Shown here one piece after another: positions 9,655-18,108 of a stretch of 64,000 nt of DNA. Position numbers and translations under genes: made by a program. How positions within the stretch are numbered: position 1 is the stretch's first letter; each line of letters begins with the position of its first letter. Source of the DNA: Bacteroidia bacterium (lineage in GTDB: Bacteria > Bacteroidota > Bacteroidia > AKYH767-A > JBBKVM01); contig JBBKVM010000136.1 of the NCBI GenBank assembly GCA_037968415.1, forward strand, positions 4,886 to 68,885, written 5' to 3'. The notes under the pieces are model-generated. The model was not told where the DNA came from. It worked only from the letters and a program-made list of their open reading frames with translations, and made no database searches.

Positions 9655-11416
9655 GTCCGTACAAAAATACCAACATTGTCACAGTAACAATAAAAGCAAT
9701 CAAATTCATAGGTATACCCACTCGTAAAAAATCTTTGAAGTGATATCCACCGGGACCATAAATCATAAGATTTGTTTGATATCCAAACGGTGTGGCAAAA
9801 CTGGCCGAACCTGCAAATGCTACTGCCAAAACAAATGGCTTGGGATCTACTCCCAAGCTGTGCGCAGCGACCACAGCCACAGGAAACACAATAGAGGCGG
9901 CAGCCGCATTGGTAATAAGTTCAGTGAGTAACGTGGTAAGTATGTAAATACCTGCCAACACACCTATAACTCCAAAAGGAGCGAACCAGCCCAAAATGTG
10001 CGATGACATCACTTCTGCCAATCCACTGTTGATAATGGCTTTGCTCAGCGCAATGGCCATCGCAAGTACCAATACAAGATCAAAATCAACGTGCTTTCTT
10101 ATTTCCGCAAAATTGATAATCTTCGCTAACAAACAGATCACCACCAGCAAAAACAAAGATTGAAACAATGGCATCAATTGGAACGTGGACATCAAGATGG
10201 CAATGAATGTACCCCCTATCACCAGTGCTGACGCAGCCTTGTCAACTCTCTTTATTTCTTTCACTTTTGAGATTAGGTAAAGGTCGCGCGAGTTTCGCAT
10301 GCGAGTAAAAAAATCTTTTCCGGTGATGAGCAATATCAAGTCGCCCGCGCGCAGTGTGATTTCTCCAAGCTTTCCGCTTATTCGCTCTCCATCACGATGA
10401 ATGGCTACAATGGCACCATCGAACACACCTCTAAAATCAGTGTCGTTTACTACTTTGCCCACCAGACTTGAATTGCTGGAAACCACTACCTCCACTACTT
10501 CTACTGCATCGCGACCATTTAAATTACTTGCGCTCGGCAGTTGCAAATCCTGACTTTCTTTTAAAAGATCTGCCACCGTTTCAGTAGCGCCAGCAAATAT
10601 GAGTATGTCATTTTCTTCAATCACATCCGAAGGCCCCACGGGTGCAATCTTATAATCCTTGCGCACAATTTCTACCAGAAACAATCCTGTGAGATGACGC
10701 AACTGTGCCTTCTCTACCATCTTACCTATGTAAGTGGATCCGGCCGGCACCACCGTTTCAACAAGGTACTCTCGTGAATGCGATTTAAATTCATCAATCA
10801 CATCTGCACGCTCGGGCAAGAGGCGATGACCGAATAGCAAAAGGAAAATAAATCCAATTACCATCAATGGCAAACCAATCAGCGTAAAATCAAACATGTA
10901 CAACGGCTCAAGCCCCGACTCGGTGGCCAGTCCGTTTACAATCAAATTGGTGCTGGTGCCTATTAAAGTGAGCGTGCCACCTAAAATAGTAGCATAAGAC
11001 AGTGGGATGAGTAATCGCGATGGGCTAATGCCTTTGCGCTTGCCAAGCTGGGTAATGTAGGGCATAAGTATGGCCACCAGCGGGGTGTTGTTTACAAAAC
11101 CCGACACACTACCCGAACTGAACATAATGCGCGCGAGCAACGCACGGTATGACAATTGCCCTTTGGTGAACTTCTTAAATATATATTCGATGAGACCAGT
11201 CTTCTGAATAATACCCGCTACGATGAGGAGCATTACTATGACAGCTATTTCTTTATTGGCAAATCCGGCAAGCGACTCCTCAGGAGTCAGAATTCCTGCC
11301 AGATTAAATACAACCACACAACACATCAATATCATCACCGGACGCATCCAGTTTTTGTACAGCACTACCACCAGCATAGCAAGCGATAGCAACACGATAA
11401 TTGATGATGAATTCAT
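9647..11416 (-). CDS. SLC13/DASS-family anion permease with two central TrkA-C domains (putative sulfate transporter)
   Basis: 589 aa, ATG start. Multi-pass hydrophobic N- and C-terminal halves with a soluble central segment. Overlaps cysC by 8 nt, which suggests translational coupling. Confidence 0.75.
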   Translation of the reverse strand: MNSSSIIVLLSLAMLVVVLYKNWMRPVMILMCCVVVFNLAGILTPEESLAGFANKEIAVIVMLLIVAGIIQKTGLIEYIFKKFTKGQLSYRALLARIMFSSGSVSGFVNNTPLVAILMPYITQLGKRKGISPSRLLIPLSYATILGGTLTLIGTSTNLIVNGLATESGLEPLYMFDFTLIGLPLMVIGFIFLLLFGHRLLPERADVIDEFKSHSREYLVETVVPAGSTYIGKMVEKAQLRHLTGLFLVEIVRKDYKIAPVGPSDVIEENDILIFAGATETVADLLKESQDLQLPSASNLNGRDAVEVVEVVVSSNSSLVGKVVNDTDFRGVFDGAIVAIHRDGERISGKLGEITLRAGDLILLITGKDFFTRMRNSRDLYLISKVKEIKRVDKAASALVIGGTFIAILMSTFQLMPLFQSLFLLVVICLLAKIINFAEIRKHVDFDLVLVLAMAIALSKAIINSGLAEVMSSHILGWFAPFGVIGVLAGIYILTTLLTELITNAAAASIVFPVAVVAAHSLGVDPKPFVLAVAFAGSASFATPFGYQTNLMIYGPGGYHFKDFLRVGIPMNLIAFIVTVTMLVFLYGLA

Positions 11417-11510
11417 GCCCGGTAGAAAAAATTACTTGAAAAGAATTATTCGTGCCAGTGTTATTCCGCCAAAGATAACATTTGGGGCATGTCGGCCACA
11501 TTAAAAAACA

Positions 11511-12500
11511 TTAAAATCCGATGGGATGCCAGGTGGTCTTTATCTCTTGAAATTTCATGATAAAATAAGGCGACTGACCCTGCGCGCTGTTCCACTTAAT
11601 ATCTTTCGTTATAATTGCCCTTTTTACATTGTCCGCTGCATTTGTTTGCACAAGTTTTGCATGTTCGGCTACATTGCCGCAGTACCACACTGCGTTCACA
11701 TCCATGTGCAAAGAGAAATGGCCGGCCAGTTCTTTTTCAAAACCGGTAATCAAATTAACCACGCCCGCAGGCAGGTCGGAAGAATGAAGCACTTCAGCAA
11801 ACGAAATGGCCGGTGCAGGAGCTCCTTCGGGAGCCAATACTACACAGGTATTGCCACCTGCAATAATAGGTGCTATCACCGATATCAAACCTAATAGCCC
11901 TGAGGCAGGCGGGGCTATCGCGGCCACCACTCCGGTAGGTTCCGGTACCGAAAAATTAAAATGTGATGACTCAACAGGATTTACACTACTAAATAACTGA
12001 ATAAACTTATCGGTCCAACCGGCATAATGGATAAGCCGATCAATGGATTGCTCAACCTGCAGCGATGCTTCGCGCGCGCTCAAGCCCGACCATTGTAACT
12101 CTGCCACAAACTGCTCGCTACGCCCTTCAAGCACCTCAGCCATCCGATACAATATTTGCCCGCGGTTGTAAGCCGACTTATCCGCCCATCCCTGCTGGGC
12201 CTTGCGCGCGGCCACCACAGCATCGCGAAAATCTTTGCGACTGCCGTGACACATATTGGCCACGTTTTTACCCTGCCCATCTTTGAACACAAAATAATGT
12301 CCCGATTCGGTGCGAGGAAATTTACCATCGATGTACAACTTATACGTTTTCAATACTTTCAACCGCTCGCTATTCGCTTTGCCCGAGCCGTTCACAGAGA
12401 CTCCATTGGAGGCTGCTTTTTTTATAGTTTCTTCTTTAGTGTTCTTATCCATTGTATTAATAATCTCAATATTATTATTCCATTGCTTGAAGGTATGCAT
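11511..12500 (-). CDS. Aldehyde-dehydrogenase-like protein, NAD-binding/N-terminal portion only; no catalytic Cys/Glu region
   Basis: 329 aa. It aligns by eye with the upstream full ALDH through the ..GNTCVVLAPEGAPAPAISFAEV..LPAGVVNLITG.. Rossmann region, then ends where the ELGGK / FxNxGQxCxAxSR catalytic motifs should be. Only 94 nt separate its stop from the next gene, so a frameshifted remnant of a full ALDH is unlikely. An alternative start lies at 12452 (MDKNTKEET). Confidence 0.6.
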   Translation of the reverse strand: MHTFKQWNNNIEIINTMDKNTKEETIKKAASNGVSVNGSGKANSERLKVLKTYKLYIDGKFPRTESGHYFVFKDGQGKNVANMCHGSRKDFRDAVVAARKAQQGWADKSAYNRGQILYRMAEVLEGRSEQFVAELQWSGLSAREASLQVEQSIDRLIHYAGWTDKFIQLFSSVNPVESSHFNFSVPEPTGVVAAIAPPASGLLGLISVIAPIIAGGNTCVVLAPEGAPAPAISFAEVLHSSDLPAGVVNLITGFEKELAGHFSLHMDVNAVWYCGNVAEHAKLVQTNAADNVKRAIITKDIKWNSAQGQSPYFIMKFQEIKTTWHPIGF

Positions 12501-13956
12501 CTAGTCCGTGCAGCCCGCCTTCGCGCCCCACGCCACTTTCTTTGTATCCGCCAAAAGGAGAGGTCGGGTCAAACTTGTTGTATGTATTGGCCCATACTAC
12601 TCCTGCTTTCAGATTGGAGGTAACTTTAAATATGCGTGAGCCTTTGTCGGTCCACACACCACCCGACAAACCATAGGGTGTGTTGTTAGCTTTTTCAATC
12701 GCTTCATCCACCGTGCGGAATGTCTGAATGGCCAACACAGGTCCAAAAATTTCTTCCTGCACAATGCGGCTCGACTGTGCCACCCCGGTGAAAAGAGTTG
12801 GTCTAAACCAATAGCCTTTCTTTGGCAATGCGCACGAAGACTGCCACATTTCTCCGCCTTCGTCCACGCCAATTTTCACCAGCTCTTTTATTTTGTTGAG
12901 TTGCATCTTGCTGTTGATGGCACCTATGTCGGTGTTCTTATCAAGCGGGCTGCCTACTATCAAAGTTTCAATCCGATCTTTGAGTTTGCGAATCACTTTG
13001 GGCGCCACACTCTCCTGAACAAACAGGCGTGAGCCCGCGCAACATACATGCCCTTGATTAAAAAATATTCCGTTTATAATTCCTTCTACCGCCTGATCAA
13101 TGGCAGCATCTTCGAATATTATGTTGGCTGCTTTACCACCCAACTCAAGTGTATATTTCTTGTCGGTTCCGGCCAACGCGCGTTGGATTTTTTTTCCTAC
13201 ATCGGTGCTACCGGTAAATGCAATTTTGTGGATGCCTGGATGGTTGACGATGGCCGCACCTGTGGCACCCGCCCCGGTTACAATATTTACAACACCTGCG
13301 GGCAAGCCCGCGTCTTGCATTATCTCAGCAAGCAACAGTGCAGTGAGGGGTGTAGTTTCAGCAGGTTTCAACACTACCGTATTGCCGGCAGCCAGCGCAG
13401 GGGCAATTTTCCAGGCAGCCATCAGCAACGGAAAATTCCAGGGAATAATCTGTCCGGCCACACCCAGTGATTGGGCCTTTCGACCCGGAAATGCAAACTC
13501 AAGTTTATCGGCCCAACCGGCATAATAGAAAAAATGCGCGGCCGCCAATGGAATATCAATGTCGCGCGATTCGCGAATTGGTTTGCCCCCATCCATGGAT
13601 TCCACTATGGATAACTCGCGTGCGCGCTCTTGCATCATTCGTGCGATGCGGTAAATGTATTTGGCTCGTTCCGATGGTTTCATCTTAGACCACACATTGT
13701 CATATGCAGTTCGTGCGGCTTTTACCGCCTTGTCTACATCGGCAGCGTTGGCATCGGCCACCATCGCCAGTTTAGCTTCGGTTGATGGATTGATGGTCTC
13801 AAAATATTTGCCACTTGAAGGAGCCACAAATTTACCGTTGATAAAATGGTCGTACTTGTCTTTGAGTTTTATGTTGCCCGTGCTTTCGGGCGCAGGCGCG
13901 TAACTCCAGTCGGTATCGAAATTGAGCGTTACGTTATTATCTTTTTTCTTCTTCAT
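12475..13956 (-). CDS. NAD(P)-dependent aldehyde dehydrogenase
   Basis: 493 aa. Complete ALDH motifs: GNTVVLKPAETTPLTAL, LELGGKA (catalytic Glu), FFNQGHVCCAGSRLF (catalytic Cys), EEIFGPV. Confidence 0.9.
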   Translation of the reverse strand: MKKKKDNNVTLNFDTDWSYAPAPESTGNIKLKDKYDHFINGKFVAPSSGKYFETINPSTEAKLAMVADANAADVDKAVKAARTAYDNVWSKMKPSERAKYIYRIARMMQERARELSIVESMDGGKPIRESRDIDIPLAAAHFFYYAGWADKLEFAFPGRKAQSLGVAGQIIPWNFPLLMAAWKIAPALAAGNTVVLKPAETTPLTALLLAEIMQDAGLPAGVVNIVTGAGATGAAIVNHPGIHKIAFTGSTDVGKKIQRALAGTDKKYTLELGGKAANIIFEDAAIDQAVEGIINGIFFNQGHVCCAGSRLFVQESVAPKVIRKLKDRIETLIVGSPLDKNTDIGAINSKMQLNKIKELVKIGVDEGGEMWQSSCALPKKGYWFRPTLFTGVAQSSRIVQEEIFGPVLAIQTFRTVDEAIEKANNTPYGLSGGVWTDKGSRIFKVTSNLKAGVVWANTYNKFDPTSPFGGYKESGVGREGGLHGLDAYLQAME

Positions 13957-13987
13957 TACAGATGGTTGAAGTGTGCGGAAATAATTT

Positions 13988-14911
13988 TTAGTCTTTTGAG
14001 AAATAGTCGATAGACTGATAAGCGCCTGTTTGCGATTTCATTAACTGCATGAGCAAGTCATTGGCCAATGCGCTGGCCCCAAAGCGAAAGTAATCTGCAT
14101 GCAGCCATGCGTTGCCCAGCGTTTCGCGCACCATTACCAAATACTGCAATGCAATTTTTGAAGTACTGATGCCTCCTGCCGGTTTCATGCCAATCATTTT
14201 TCCGGTGTTGTAGTAATGATCGCGTATGGTTTCGAGCATCACCAGTGTGACAGGAAGTGTGGCCGCGGGCTGCACCTTGCCCGTAGATGTTTTTATAAAA
14301 TCGGCTCCCGCATGTATGGCCAGCTCGCTGGCTTTTCGCACATTATCAAGTGTGGTGAGTTCACCTGTTTCCAATATTACTTTCAGGTGTGCCTCGCCAC
14401 AGGCTTCTTTCACTGCGGCTATTTCATCAAATACAAAATTGTATTCACCGGTAAGAAAACGGCCACGACTAATCACCATATCAATTTCATCTGCGCCTTC
14501 GCCCACGGCCCAACGCGTTTCTGTCAGTTTAAACTTAAGATTTGACATACCGCTGGGAAATGCAGTGGCCACAGATGCCACATGTATCAGCGACCCTTTG
14601 AGCGCCTCGCGTGCGATCTTCACCATATTGGGGTACACACACACAGCTGCTACGGCAGGCACATCCAATGTTTCGTGAGGTCGTTTGGCTTTGGCGCACA
14701 GTTGTTTCACCTTGCCCGGTGTATCGCGCGCCTCCAGCGTGGTGAGGTCTATCATCGACATGGCCATTTTGAGCGCATGCACTTTCGAATCGGTTTTGAT
14801 GCTACGCTTGCACAGCCTCGCCACCCGTTCTTCCACACCTACCTGATCTATAGGTGTTACAAATTGCTGATCAAACAAACCGGTTGGTTTGCTTATCGCT
14901 GCTTTTTTCAT
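13988..14911 (-). CDS. deoC: Deoxyribose-phosphate aldolase (long form)
   Basis: MSMIDLTTLE.., GADEIDMVI, and FIKTSTGK with the Schiff-base Lys. I chose the start at ATG 14911 (MKKAAISK). The track's longer ORF (to 14998) would run through a terminator hairpin that belongs to the upstream tonB gene. Confidence 0.8.
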   Translation of the reverse strand: MKKAAISKPTGLFDQQFVTPIDQVGVEERVARLCKRSIKTDSKVHALKMAMSMIDLTTLEARDTPGKVKQLCAKAKRPHETLDVPAVAAVCVYPNMVKIAREALKGSLIHVASVATAFPSGMSNLKFKLTETRWAVGEGADEIDMVISRGRFLTGEYNFVFDEIAAVKEACGEAHLKVILETGELTTLDNVRKASELAIHAGADFIKTSTGKVQPAATLPVTLVMLETIRDHYYNTGKMIGMKPAGGISTSKIALQYLVMVRETLGNAWLHADYFRFGASALANDLLMQLMKSQTGAYQSIDYFSKD

Positions 14912-14928
14912 TTCAAAATTCTTTTGTC

Positions 14929-14936
14929 CAAAGTTA
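14929..14936 (-). promoter_or_regulatory. Candidate Bacteroidota -7 box (TAACTTTG on the minus strand) for a deoC-ALDH transcript
   Basis: CAAAGTTA on the plus strand is TAnnTTTG on the minus strand. Its 3' edge (14929) lies 17 nt upstream of the deoC ATG (14911), immediately downstream of a terminator. Confidence 0.25.
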
Positions 14937-14959
14937 AGGAATAATTGGCCACCGAAAAG

Positions 14960-14995
14960 CAACAAAAAAGCGCCAGCCATGCGAGGCTGACGCTT
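14960..14995 (-). terminator. Rho-independent terminator downstream of tonB (15014)
   Basis: Minus-strand RNA: AAGCGUCAGCC-ucgcau-GGCUGGCGCUU followed by UUUUGUUGCUUUU. The stem is perfect (one G.U) only in the minus-strand sense. Confidence 0.55.
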
Positions 14996-15013
14996 CATTC
15001 CGGGAATGTTTAT

Positions 15014-15739
15014 TTACCGGGTTGAGATTCTTATTGGCAGGGTATATATTACCGATACCTTTTGATCGCGCTGCTCGCCAGCGGTCCACACCGGCATATT
15101 GTTCAGCACATTCAAGGCCATCTGGTCAACACCAAAACCCAATGAGTTTTTCAGTTTCACATCGCGCACTTTGCCATCAGCACCCACTACAAAAGTGGTA
15201 TAAAGGGTTCCGTTAACTTTATTCCTGAGTGCTTCATCGGGTATCCGGATATTTTTCTGCAAATACTCCATCAGCGTGGCAATCGAACAATCATTTCGTG
15301 CTTTTTCGCTTCCTCGATTATTGCAACCCTTGAAAACAGGCATGCGCTCTACACTCACAAAAGGCAAGTCATTACCCGGCACATATGGCTCAACAATGGG
15401 TGGCAAGTCTATCAGCAACGAGTCATGGGCGGGTGCAACTGTGGGGTCTGGGTGCGTGTTGGCAACCTGACGAAAACGATCATCAATTGGCTGTGGCTTA
15501 CTAATTTTTTCGAGCTTAAATTTTGGTGGCTCTGGCGTCTTGGGTGGGTCCGTGCGCGTAACAGGAATCATTAGTAAGTCTTCGGTACCTGGCTCCAAAT
15601 TCCAAACAATGGGCGCAGCTATGCGCGTGGTCCAGCTAAAAGCCAGAATAATAACCAATGATGAAACAATGTATCCGATGCGGATAAATACAGGGCGCTG
15701 TTGTTCCAGCTTGCCGGCAGATCTTTTTTGCTTTTCCAT
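15014..15739 (-). CDS. TonB-family energy transducer (C-terminal TonB domain)
   Basis: N-terminus MEKQKR.. plus a TM helix, paralogous to the gene at 16568-17275. Pro/Lys-rich spacer. C-terminal ..FKGC..TLPIRI TonB fold. Start placed at ATG 15739 by homology with its paralog; the track ORF extends to 15808. Confidence 0.7.
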   Translation of the reverse strand: MEKQKRSAGKLEQQRPVFIRIGYIVSSLVIILAFSWTTRIAAPIVWNLEPGTEDLLMIPVTRTDPPKTPEPPKFKLEKISKPQPIDDRFRQVANTHPDPTVAPAHDSLLIDLPPIVEPYVPGNDLPFVSVERMPVFKGCNNRGSEKARNDCSIATLMEYLQKNIRIPDEALRNKVNGTLYTTFVVGADGKVRDVKLKNSLGFGVDQMALNVLNNMPVWTAGEQRDQKVSVIYTLPIRISTR

Positions 15740-15940
15740 GAGATAGGTTTTGTTGGTTTTATTAATTAGATGCAGACACCCTTTATTTTCCATACTATGC
15801 TTTTGCATAACGGTTTAACCATTCTTTTTATTTGTCAAATGACGAAATGAGCTTTTTTCTGCCATAACTCTATTTCCTTTTGCGCATTATTATTGATAAA
15901 TTGACTTTTTCAACAACTAAAACCAATAATTACAAATACC

Positions 15941-16495
15941 ATGAAAAAGTTATTTATCACTTTTATTCTATGTGCACCCGTTGCATTGTTTGCACAAAAA
16001 GCTTCCATTCAGAAAGACATTTCGAGCATGTTGGCTTTCAATCAACAACAGATTTCGTCATTGGCACAAACCATACCTGCCGAAAAATATGATTGGCGTC
16101 CTGCCGATGGGGTGCGGTCTGTTGCCGAAGTTGTCCTACACATAGCTGAGGCAAACTATGGCTTATTAGCCAGCATGGGTATAAACCCACCTGATGGTAT
16201 AAATATTAAGGAGTTGAGCACCATCAGCACTGAAAAAGAAGAGTGTATCGAAATTATGAATCGATCTTTTAAATTCGCCACCGAACAAGTAAAAAACTTT
16301 CCAGAAAAAAATCTCAGCGAAAATGTGAAATTACCTTTCGGTGAATTTAACAAGCAAAGTGTTTTGCTCATCATGCTTGATCATTCGGGCGAACACAAAG
16401 GCCAACTGATTGCCTACGCGCGCATGAACGACATTACTCCTCCCTGGACAGCAGCCAAACAAAAAAAGGATACAGAAAAAGGAGATAAATATTAA
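15941..16495 (+). CDS. Secreted DinB/YfiT-like (DinB_2) family protein
   Basis: 184 aa. Signal peptide MKKLFITFILCAPVALFAQ. Remainder is helical-bundle-like with a His-containing motif (VVLHIAEANYG; DHSGEHKGQ). Confidence 0.55.
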   Translation: MKKLFITFILCAPVALFAQKASIQKDISSMLAFNQQQISSLAQTIPAEKYDWRPADGVRSVAEVVLHIAEANYGLLASMGINPPDGINIKELSTISTEKEECIEIMNRSFKFATEQVKNFPEKNLSENVKLPFGEFNKQSVLLIMLDHSGEHKGQLIAYARMNDITPPWTAAKQKKDTEKGDKY

Positions 16496-16514
16496 CTTAA
16501 ATATTCTTCAAGCA

Positions 16515-16546
16515 CAAAAAAGGCTGCCCGTGGGCAGCCTTTTTTA
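16515..16546. terminator. Bidirectional rho-independent terminator between convergent DinB-family and tonB genes
   Basis: AAAAAA-GGCTGCCC-gtg-GGCAGCC-TTTTTT. Confidence 0.65.
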
Positions 16547-16567
16547 ATTTCTTTTGAAGTTGGGTGT

Positions 16568-17275
16568 TTACTTCAATGTAAATCGAACCGGCAAGTTGTA
16601 TTGAACAGAGACTGCGCGTCCGCGCTGCTGGCCTGGCCCCCACTTGGGCATTGATTTTACAGCTCTCACTGCTTCCTCGTCCAATCCACCTCCTACGCCA
16701 CGCAATATTTTTACATCCTTCACGGTGCCACTGTTATCGATTACAAATGTAACGTATACAGTACCTGTGATTCCATTATCCTTGGCCATAGGAGGATATA
16801 CCACAGTACGGCCAAGAAACTCTTGAATCTTGTTATAGGTGCAACTTGTACGCTGCTCTTCAGACCCTGCATTCTCGCAACCTTTAAATGAAGGCATGCG
16901 CTCCACAATGGTAAAAATTTCTGGCTCTAATGGTCCTTCTTCTTTCTTTGGCTCAATTACTATGATTTTGGTTTCTTGCGTTACTTCTGTCTCTGCAATT
17001 TTCACATCCTCTTTTATTACCACATCATCTTTCACAATTTCAATCTCTGTGGCAGGAGGCGGAGGAGGAGGTGGTGGCTTCTCTTGCTTGGTGATGGGAA
17101 TAATTTCCTCAGGCACATCATCCATTTTCAATTGCCCCAAGTCGAAATCATTTTTGTCATATGATTTCCATTGGAACGCAAGTATCACAACAAGCAGCGC
17201 AAGTACAAGCCCTATTTGGGCATACATGCTCCTGTTTTTCTCCAGGTCTGCTTTTTCATTTTTACGCTTTTCCAT
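16568..17275 (-). CDS. TonB-family protein with poly-proline spacer
   Basis: 235 aa. MEKRKNEK.., TM helix, PPPPPPPPP spacer, and C-terminal TonB domain ..FKGCENAGSE..YNLPVRFTLK. Confidence 0.75.
   Translation of the reverse strand: MEKRKNEKADLEKNRSMYAQIGLVLALLVVILAFQWKSYDKNDFDLGQLKMDDVPEEIIPITKQEKPPPPPPPPATEIEIVKDDVVIKEDVKIAETEVTQETKIIVIEPKKEEGPLEPEIFTIVERMPSFKGCENAGSEEQRTSCTYNKIQEFLGRTVVYPPMAKDNGITGTVYVTFVIDNSGTVKDVKILRGVGGGLDEEAVRAVKSMPKWGPGQQRGRAVSVQYNLPVRFTLK
17051..17078 (-). repeat. GGN/CCN trinucleotide-like tract encoding the poly-Pro linker of TonB
   Basis: ggcaggaggcggaggaggaggtggtggc on the plus strand is Pro9 on the minus strand. A simple-sequence tract that could slip. Confidence 0.8.
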
Positions 17276-17284
17276 TTCTGATTA

Positions 17285-17677
17285 TTAATATTTTAGGTTC
17301 GATACCTTTCCGTAGATAATGTGAAATAACAAAACTCCTATCACAACTCCAACTGAATTCGCAATAAAATCCATTACATCGGCCATTCTGCCATTCTGGA
17401 GGAACATTTGCATGGTCTCCGTAAGTGCACCATACAGTAAACTTATGGTGGCAGCGGCAGGCACAGCAATATAACGCAGGCTTTTGTAGGTGTATTGTTT
17501 TATGAAGCCTACGGTAAGTAGCAATACCAACACGGCAAACACAAATGCATGGGCAGCCTTATCGAAGGTGAAAAAACTCCAAAAAGAAAGGTCAGGAAAC
17601 TCTTCGCCCGATAGCACGCACAGCACAAATATAAATGCCGCCCATACCAACGCATATAAGTTGTACCTGAAAAACAT
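17285..17677 (-). CDS. VanZ-family membrane protein
   Basis: 130 aa with 3-4 TM helices. VanZ-like pattern (..AFIFVLC..KAAHAFVFAVL..). 2-nt gap from gcvH. Confidence 0.55.
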   Translation of the reverse strand: MFFRYNLYALVWAAFIFVLCVLSGEEFPDLSFWSFFTFDKAAHAFVFAVLVLLLTVGFIKQYTYKSLRYIAVPAAATISLLYGALTETMQMFLQNGRMADVMDFIANSVGVVIGVLLFHIIYGKVSNLKY

Positions 17678-17679
17678 TT

Positions 17680-18060
17680 TTAAGCACCTATAAGTTTGCC
17701 ATATTGCGCTGCATCCATCAACAATTCTTTACTGCCGCCAGGTGTTAATTTTACTTTTATCATCCACCCATCACCATATGGATCGTTGTTCACTACTTCG
17801 GGTGTACTCTCAAGTTTGTCGTTCATCTCAACCACTTCACCAGTCACAGGCATAAACAAATCAGAAACCGTTTTCACAGCTTCCACAGTACCAAACACTG
17901 CCTCCGCCTCTAGCGTTTCGCCCACAGTCTCAATTTCCACATACACTATGTCGCCCAACTCGCGCTGCGCAAACTCTGTAATTCCTATAGTAACTATATC
18001 ACCTTCTTCTTTCACCCACTCGTGGTCTTTGGTATACTTCAAATCTTTTGGAATATTCAT
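17680..18060 (-). CDS. gcvH: Glycine cleavage system H protein
   Basis: 126 aa. HEWVK, lipoyl-lysine context [18 protein letters not shown]. Confidence 0.9.
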   Translation of the reverse strand: MNIPKDLKYTKDHEWVKEEGDIVTIGITEFAQRELGDIVYVEIETVGETLEAEAVFGTVEAVKTVSDLFMPVTGEVVEMNDKLESTPEVVNNDPYGDGWMIKVKLTPGGSKELLMDAAQYGKLIGA

Positions 18061-18108
18061 TTCGTAATTTGTTTTGCTAATAATTAATATACTATTGTAT
18101 TCAAATTT

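Noticed and set aside
14912-14998. N-terminal 29-codon extension of the deoC ORF as given in the track (start 14998)
   Set aside because: The extension runs through a hairpin plus U-tract (14960-14995) that is a good minus-strand terminator for the upstream tonB gene. The ATG at 14911 (MKKAAISK) gives a normal-length DeoC.
16839-17288. 149-aa plus-strand ORF containing a poly-Gly run
   Set aside because: It is the antisense of the poly-Pro linker of the TonB paralog and so a shadow ORF.
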